This document shows, one piece after another, positions 55,512 to 64,000 of a stretch of 64,000 bases of DNA. Source of the DNA: Octopus vulgaris (taxonomy: Eukaryota). The stretch's first letter is position 1, and each line of letters starts with the position of its first letter. The stretch is from assembly GCA_951406725.2 (NCBI GenBank), contig OX597816.1, positions 76,756,001 to 76,820,000 on the forward strand, in the 5' to 3' direction. The position numbers and the translations under genes were made by a program. The notes beneath the pieces were generated by a model. The model had not been told where the DNA came from. It worked only from the letters and a program-made list of their open reading frames with translations, and ran no database searches.

Positions 55512-55755
55512 ACTAAATATCGTAAATATTATCCCATATACAATGGATTTTCTCGGAAAATTTATGGTGTTAATAGTGTCTTTTGACGTTTATTTTTCAG
55601 TGCGTGGTGGGGCAAAAGCCAAGCCCTTGTCATAGTTATGTATACAATTATAAATTATTTGTGAAATTTACCTATGAGGCTTTTATTTACGCACTGATCA
55701 CTTGATAAAAATCATTAACGACTTTTACCCTTTATTATTATATTTAATATTTGAA

Positions 55756-55909
<154 letters not shown>

Positions 55910-56954
55910 AGAAAAAAGAGAGAGAGAGAGAGAGACTGTGGCAGCAAAATTAATGCAGCCTTTCACATTTGTGCCTTATGACTTTTAATAATTGTCTGCA
56001 AGAAATTTTACAATTTATTATCAGTACTTCAACATTTGATTAATATAAGCAACAGTTTCGAAATATCGAATTAGCATGATACCGTCTTTTGTACACTCAG
56101 TAGTACATTTATCTATCGGTTTCAGGTGTGATTTTTCCAAGTTAGCTATGTACTGATCATAGTGATTAAATATCGAGATTTTCATTCATCTTCAAAATGT
56201 TATGTTAATAAACATGTCCCTTTATGCTTATGAACGCAAATTTGCTCAGCTTGTTTGAATAGCGCCCATAATTTCTAGGGAAGATTCTTACTATAAATTA
56301 AGGATTTTACGTCTTCATCTGATGACATCGTATGACCAGAAATTATATATTCACTGTAAGGACCATTACGGTTCATCAAGTGGTTTCAGGTTCAGATTTA
56401 TTGTCAATTTCTTCATTAATGTATACACAGTTACAATCTATTGTAATTGTCCTTTCCTACTGAAGTGCGGCGTTTGTTTCTAATCAAGTCTTCAATCATA
56501 GGTAGCTACGAAAATTCCATTTGAATACGGTACGTCACTTGAACCCTGTACGATTTCATTTCACACTATATACAAAGGCCTTAATTTACATCGAACAAAG
56601 TCCTTGTATTAGCATTACAGGCAAAGAAGAGAAGGTGCTATGTTCGTGTATGTAATGAGTGTACGATATGCGTGCATTCTCAGCGTGTGTAGAAACACAT
56701 AACTTTAATTTGGAAATGGCCTTCCAATTTGTAGTTCCACCAATGCTGCAAATAATAACACTTGTAAGATCAATCATAATCACAGCAACAACATTCGAAC
56801 ATTTCACTTGCTTCGACATAAACCGAATTCTTACAAAAGGAAGAATTCAAGCTGTTGGGATGGACATATTGGAATATTGGAATAATATATTTTATTGGGT
56901 TATAACCATTATTTAATTATATAATGGAAATATTGGTATTTGCCAATAAAAAGT

Positions 56955-57106
56955 TACTGCAATTTTTAGAGGTGTCCAATGGCAGTAACTCAACAGACTG
57001 CTTGCCTGATATTTATTTTATTGACCCAGAGGAATAAGAGAGAATCCTGTGGGATTGGAATTTTAACAGCAAAGAAATAACTAAATATCGTAAATATTAT
57101 CCTATA
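56955..57106. repeat. diverged partial copy of the 55386-55538 repeat
   Basis: ttactgcaatttttagaggt..tatttattttattgaccc..ggaattttaacagcaaagaaataactaaatatcgtaaatattatcc. Confidence 0.85.
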
Positions 57107-57938
57107 TTTTGGAATATTGGAAACGCTCCAAACACAAATCTACGCCGTATTTTACTATATTTCCATTATGAAGCATTACCATTATGCAAATTCTGCACTA
57201 TATTTCCACACTGCATTGATGCACAGTATTATATTAAAAATTAACTACTTTTTACTTAAAAATTAATTAATTACTGATTTACTTTTTCTCTAGTGTCAGT
57301 CATTAAGCTATGGCCATACTAACCACGATAAGTGTATTTTACTTTGGTTATAGATAGTTTCAGATTTTGTTTAAAAGCCAGCAAGTTCAATAAATGTAAG
57401 CTTTAGCACGTCAAATGGAGTCTCAAGAGAGAAGGGATAAGAGACTTTCCCAAGATCAGCAAAGGCATGCTGCAGTACATCAAATGAAGTTTCAAACATG
57501 AAGGAGGTGTCAAAACCTCAGATGATGGTTCGTGATCGACGCAGTGCCAACCACCGCAAAGGAGGGTAATCCACTGACAGCTTTTCGGTGCATTCAAAAA
57601 TCACATAGACCCCATCCCCAATCTTCCATCACAGGTTACGGCCTGGAATACTCCAGACGGAAGCATGACATATCGCTTTGTTGTATTAGCCCATCAGTTA
57701 CTCCACAAATGTTTTGTCGTCAATGATACACTTTCTCGTATCACCTGTTTCAACATAACTGTAATACATATAAAATTATGCCATTTTAATCCCGAGCAAC
57801 GCCGGCTCTCTCTACTAATACTTAAAAAAGAAATATTATTTAATTCACTGTTGACTCTCTTGAGTTCATTTATCCTTTATATGTATGACTTTTCCTCTTA
57901 CAGAGAATCAGAATAGAAACACACTCACACACACACGC

Positions 57939-58000
<62 letters not shown>

Positions 58001-58704
58001 CGGAGAGCAAGCATTGTGGTATTGCCGGTTTAGTTATCTGTGGACCAATTTTTATTGATAACTTGATATGCTGACTCACACCGTTGCGATTTCTCACCTT
58101 CTATCGAGGTTGTGGTGGTGGTGGTGTTTTTAGTTGTCGTCGTGGTCGTTGTCGTCGTTGGGGGGGGCTAATATTCTGTACTGGAAGAAATGGGGGTATA
58201 GAAAGGATTAAAAATTAAGGAAGTTAGGGTATTTCATTGTAAGTACAGTTAACAGTAATTGAGCGGTGGGAGGAGGTAGGTGCATCGTCGGCGAGGAAAG
58301 GTGGGAAAGTTTGTGTATTTTGCACATTAAAACGAAAAAAAAAATAGGGGAAACAACAAAACAATAGAGTAACATCATCATCAATATCATCAGTAGAAGC
58401 CCCCAAGTCGGTAGCTTAAAACGATTCCCAGTTATGGCTGACAGGATAAAACTTATCTTTTAATCATTATGGGCTGAAACGCATTGTCGGCCACAAGGTC
58501 CATCACTGAGTGTTACTCCAACATATCATTTAGAATAAATCTATAATTAAATGGGGTTTAATGTTATGAAATAGTTTATCATAAACGAATGGACTGAAGA
58601 CCGTATGAAAATAACCCTGTGGTATTTTGAAACGGATCTCTAAATAGATGCCCTTTAACAGTAATTTCTACATTCTTATATACCTTCAGCCAATAGCATG
58701 TGCT

Positions 58705-59155
58705 ATTGGTTTCGAGTTTTGGCACAAGAACAGCAATTTCGAGGTAGAGGCGGATCGATTACATCGACCTTACTGCTCAGCTGGTACTTATTTTGCCGAA
58801 CCCGAAAGGATGAAAGGCAAAGTTGACCTCTGTTGAATTTTAACTCAAAACATAAAGAACATAAATACAGGCGAAATGCCGCTAAGCATTATGCCCGGTG
58901 TGCTAACAATTCTGCCAGCTTGCCGTTTTAATCGCATATGCTATTGATTTCAAATTTTGGCACAGGGCCAGCAATTTCGGAGGAGGGGGTTAATTCGAGT
59001 ACATCGAACCCAGTATTCAACTGGTACTTATTTCATCACCCCAGAAAGAATAAACGGCAAAGTCGACCTCGGTATAATTTGAAATCAGAACGTAAAGACG
59101 GAGGAAATGCTGCTAAGTTTTCTGTCCGGCATGCTAACGATTGATAGCTCGCTCT
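58705..59155 (-). mobile_element. two tandem SINE family A copies (~58705-58927 and ~58945-59153)
   Basis: Both carry ggtacttattt..gaaagg/aa..ggcaaagt.gacctc..tgctaac.attc. Confidence 0.8.
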
Positions 59156-60853
59156 CTCAGTCGCATATCCTATTCAGAATATGTGAAGTAAACAAACGTA
59201 TTTCTGACAGTTTCGACTCTGAAGATCACGTCTTCGATCTACTGAATTGCCTGCCATTGAACCAATTTCTAAGTCACTGAATTTTCCACGGATGTGTATA
59301 TCCTTAATTCAATTCTTAAGCTGATATAACACGAAACTTTGTTTTATCTCACAAAGCTCAGATAACTCGAAGTAATGGCAAAAGACACCTACCCGAGATG
59401 TCAAGAAGCAGAAGAAATCAACCTGAGTCTTCGTGATTTAGAAACAGTCTTTCAGCCATGCGGTGTCCATTAAACTGAGCGTAAGACTGCGTAGTGTGTA
59501 TATACTGGCTAATGGTGCTTAGCTGTTTCGTTGAAGACAAAAAACTAATTAAATGTTTAATTGAATATACAAATTAGCTCATTGCATATTCGAATTTCAA
59601 ACATGCAAATTAAGCACAATCATTTTTCAAATTTTCAACTTGATTATTCTCCACAATAAACCTGTTATGTTTTTGCCATATTTGAATAAAATTATAGTGT
59701 TGTGTCCGGCTATAGTAATACCCTGTTTCAGTAAAATATACTCATGTATATTATAACATATTCTGAAGTTATTCTGAAACTGTCTATTGACTATCGATAA
59801 AATACGCCCCAAAGAAATAAACATTTCTTCAATAATCATACAAAACTTCTCATGAGCATTGATTAAATTTAGAAAAGCCTAGACAGGAATGTATTATTCG
59901 ATCTTATCTCTTTTTCACGTGATTAATTTTATGTTTTATTATAAATTCAAATTCTTCTGTAATACATTCTAGTTTGTTGCGAAATAATTTCTTGCTTCTC
60001 TCTTAATTATTTTAATATTTTCTATATTTTTCCAGGAAAATTATTGATTAAATGCAAATAACGTAGTAAAGGAAGAAGCCATTATAATATGAATTTATGT
60101 CAATAATCTGAACTCTCTCACCTTCACACACTGAATACAGAACTTCTGAGATTGAAAAATATGTTATTTAAAACAGCTCTCTCGACATTTGCTTTCTCTA
60201 TTACCTTCATTAATTAGGATTGCCTACAGGGTCCTCCTTCTCTTAACAAGAATTAAATGTTTTCTGAGTGATGCTGTACACAGTATCCATAAATATTGTT
60301 TAGACTTTCCTACAACCCTGTAGCTAAACAAAACACTTGCAATTGATTGGAGGGAAGTCATATTTCTACTGTAAATGACTCAAAATTTTACTCTAATAAG
60401 TTTTGTTCCCTACCGTCGCAGTCGGATATATAATTATTGAAATAAATTTTAAGTATTTAATTATCTCATTTGTTGGAATATTTCCCTGCTGTCATTATCA
60501 CTTTTATCATTTCTAAAGTGGTTCGGTTTTTACCAATTAAGAGTTTCTATCTCTCAGAGACTGCATAATTATTGTCTTCATAATACATTTCATTTTAAAC
60601 TTATTTTATAAGAGTAAGCTAATTTTATACAAATGAAACACCACACAAATATGGGAGACCTGCTAACACATCGGCTATCGTCTTTGAAGCCTTTATCTAC
60701 CTATCTATCTATATCTATATATCTTTTTCCCCTCTCATTTTCACTCCCACTCTTCTTCTTCTCCTCTCTCTCTCTTCTACTCTCTTTCTCTTCCTTTCTC
60801 TCTCTTCCCCGATCTCTTTCAGTCTCTCATTCGCTCTCTCTATCTCTAAATGC

Positions 60854-60903
<50 letters not shown>

Positions 60904-60988
60904 TTTGTGTGCGTGTGTGTACATATATATGCATATATTTATATATTATTCATATTATTGTATATAAAGATATATATGTATTTATATT

Positions 60989-61028
<40 letters not shown>

Positions 61029-62229
61029 GTATATATGTATGTATGTATGTATATATATATATATAGATATATATATAGAGAGAGAGAGAGAGAAAGAGAG
61101 ATTCGTGTATAGTATGTCTTTATGAATGCATATGGATTGAATATGTCACTGTTTATCTATATCTATCTCCGTCTCTCTGTTTATATACATACATATAATT
61201 ATTGTGCATCTATATATGTATTATATGCTTATATGTATGTATACCTGTATATATGTGGTATGCATGTGTGTATGCATGTGATGTATGTATGTATGTGTAT
61301 ATGTATATTTGTATATATGCATGTTTCATTTATGCAAGTATATATGAATGGATGAAATACAGATATACAATAACCTTTTTACTGAAATGTCTGCCAAGAT
61401 TATGTTATTTAATTCAAATAATTTTAAACAGTTTTATGAAACATTTTTAGGGCCGGCTTTATAAAATAAATCACTGATGAAACACTTACTAAATGTTCTA
61501 TCACTGCTGACATTTCAATGCTATGATTGAAGTAACCAGAAAGGCTGATAATCCTTGCCTACGAAATTTTATACTTTAAAATGTGCAAACGTTGGAGTCA
61601 AATATGAAGATGCATAGGTCACTGCAAAGAAAATAAAAGAGAAATTGAACGAATTTGATAATTTACAATTAAGTAATTAGGCTATTTAGCTTACGGATAA
61701 ATATTTTAATTTGAAAACTTCTTATTTATATTTAAAATATATTTAAGTTTTACCTTGTTTGAACTTTGAATATATCTTGAAACTGTTCAACGATGTGTAT
61801 CTCAAATGGATCGCTACAGTGTTACAAATAAATGTCACTCCAAACATAGGCTAAATGTTTTAAATATCGAAATACCATGTGTACTAATTCGTAGATTTGT
61901 TTGCGCTATCATATTTTTTATTTTGTTTTGTAAATGTCACCAATAATTTTTTTCAGTGTGTGAAAATACATGCAGTTTCGCCGTTTGGGTGACCATTTTA
62001 ATATAATTTAGATAACAGCCATGTCAAACGATTGTAAGTTCATTCATGGAATATCATACTGAATAATCACTTCTAAAATTGGATACACAAAAATCAATAT
62101 TCAAAGTAATCAAACAAATAAACAATGAAATGTGATATTTCCCCTGAGAGTTTAAGAAAATATTGTGCATTTGCTATGGGTTATTTCCCTTGGGTGTTTA
62201 AAAAATTAGTTATATGAGGCAGATATAAA

Positions 62230-62410
62230 GATCCCTTCCAGGGGCTGTATTATCGATTTTTTTTCAACAATCTAAGTATGTTACGAACTTTCCAGACATG
62301 AGTTCCACTCACATGTCAAGTTTCATCAAAATCAATAAAACGATGTGGGAGGAGTTAGCTAACAACGTCACAAACAAATATACAACGATTTTCCACATAT
62401 GTAATAGATA
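62230..62410 (-). mobile_element. possible non-autonomous Helitron-like end
   Basis: gtcaagtttcatcaaaatc..gtgggaggagttag..acaaacaaa..taatagat resembles the end layout at 2750-2870. Confidence 0.3.
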
Positions 62411-62614
62411 TATACCTTGTATATTTTAATTGATAAGTATCCATTTATACTTCGCAAATGTGGCATGCTTATATGCAAGCATCTTTATGCTTACTCCTGC
62501 CTAGAATTTATTACTTTACCAATTGGATGTGAAAATCCCGTGAAATTCTTCCAATTATAGGTCACATCTATAGATTCCAATTCTGCAGTAATTCCTTATA
62601 TATTACTTACACAT

Positions 62615-62889
<275 letters not shown>

Positions 62890-63272
62890 TTTATGAATCT
62901 GTGTCCCAAAATTCCGGATGTGAAACTGTGTTGAAACAGATATAGTTGCATTTCAAGATAGTCTTCTTTTTGTTTGTGCCAAAAAAACACACGCACTATA
63001 TATTCGTTCTTCACTCGTTTATAACTGTTCTTATTTTAACTCATGTCCATGAAATATTTCGTCACACATCTGTGATCTCGTCAGTAACACTTTCCGTCAT
63101 CGTTTGTGCTCTTGATCGCTTATTTCGCCTTTGAAAATAGAATAAGCGGCGCAAGAGCACACACGTAGACGGAAAGTATCAATGAAGCGGTCAAAGATGT
63201 GTGACGGGCATCCCGAAATACAACAATATATATATACACACACTTGTATATCTACATATACATATATATATA

Positions 63273-63312
<40 letters not shown>

Positions 63313-63315
63313 CAT

Positions 63316-63524
63316 GTAATGTTCGTAGCCACTTCAACATGGCTGTCCATTCCAACGGATTTTACACTTATTTTTAATCCCCAGAGGACATCTCCCCTAG
63401 TTTGAAATATATCTATGCAGCTGTGCATCGTCAACCCACTAGGAAAGATGCCTTCATGGGGTTAAAATTTCGAAGTAAAGTCCGTTTGAACGGACAACAA
63501 TTTTGAAATGGCTACGAACACTAC
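63316..63524. mobile_element. MITE with ~50 bp imperfect terminal inverted repeats (hAT-like TAGTGTT end)
   Basis: gtaatgttcgtagccacttcaacatggctgtccattccaacggatttt versus the reverse complement of aaagtccgtttgaacggacaacaattttgaaatggctacgaacactac; no clean TSD. Confidence 0.75.
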
Positions 63525-64000
63525 TTGTTAGAACTATTACTGCGTTGATCTCTTAGAGAGATTTTAGAACTAGCATTTTGCCACGGTGATAGCCATAAGC
63601 TATAGGCTTATATAAAAAAAACATTATTATTATTTACGTGATTGTAAAAACGGCACCGTATATAAAAACGATTCGTACCGATATATATATATATATATAT
63701 ATACATACATGTGTGCACGTGCGTGTGTGTGTGAATGTGTGTACATGAGTGTGTAAACCAGCATTTCTATACATACAAATATAATAGAATTATCTATTTC
63801 TCCAAAGGTTCAGGAATAATGGACAGACCTAATCGATTATCGAACCTTAGTGAGATCCCATCAGAGATTTTGTTAATCATTGTCACTCTACTATTGATAT
63901 CATTTCACTAATAATATCATCGAACGCTCATTTGTAGAATTGCTAAATTATATCACATAAGAAACGAACAAAACATAGAAGCGCTGGCATGGCCGTGTGG

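Noticed and set aside
57294-57322. Candidate final GPCR exon after ttttctctag
   Set aside because: Gives only about 9 codons to a stop in the required phase, with no supporting similarity

Overview
Eukaryotic, very AT-rich and microsatellite-rich DNA. The SINE families and repeat landscape resemble an octopus/coleoid cephalopod genome; this is inferred from recall, not from a search. The only host gene I can support is a + strand leucine-rich-repeat GPCR of the GRL101/RXFP (LGR type C) group. Four phase-consistent GT-AG exons (7437-7635, 45362-45603, 48286-48700, 51676-51844) encode the hinge and all seven TM helices, and the first intron seen is 37.7 kb. The ectodomain and final exons were not found in the window. 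The rest is intronic and full of mobile DNA: a near full-length R4/Dong-type RLE non-LTR retrotransposon sitting in (TAA)n with a 13-copy 5' tandem array, more Dong-type fragments in (TAA)n, several Penelope-like elements (PLE), mariner and pogo/Tigger remnants, CR1 and RTE fragments, three tRNA-derived SINE families, MITE/foldback elements and Helitron-like remnants. The most unusual signals are a set of minimal hammerhead ribozyme (HHR) motifs in PLE ends, a 341-bp near-perfect inverted repeat downstream of the last exon seen, and an in-frame candidate cassette exon with a hairpin over its donor site. Most ORFs in the supplied track are microsatellite artefacts.
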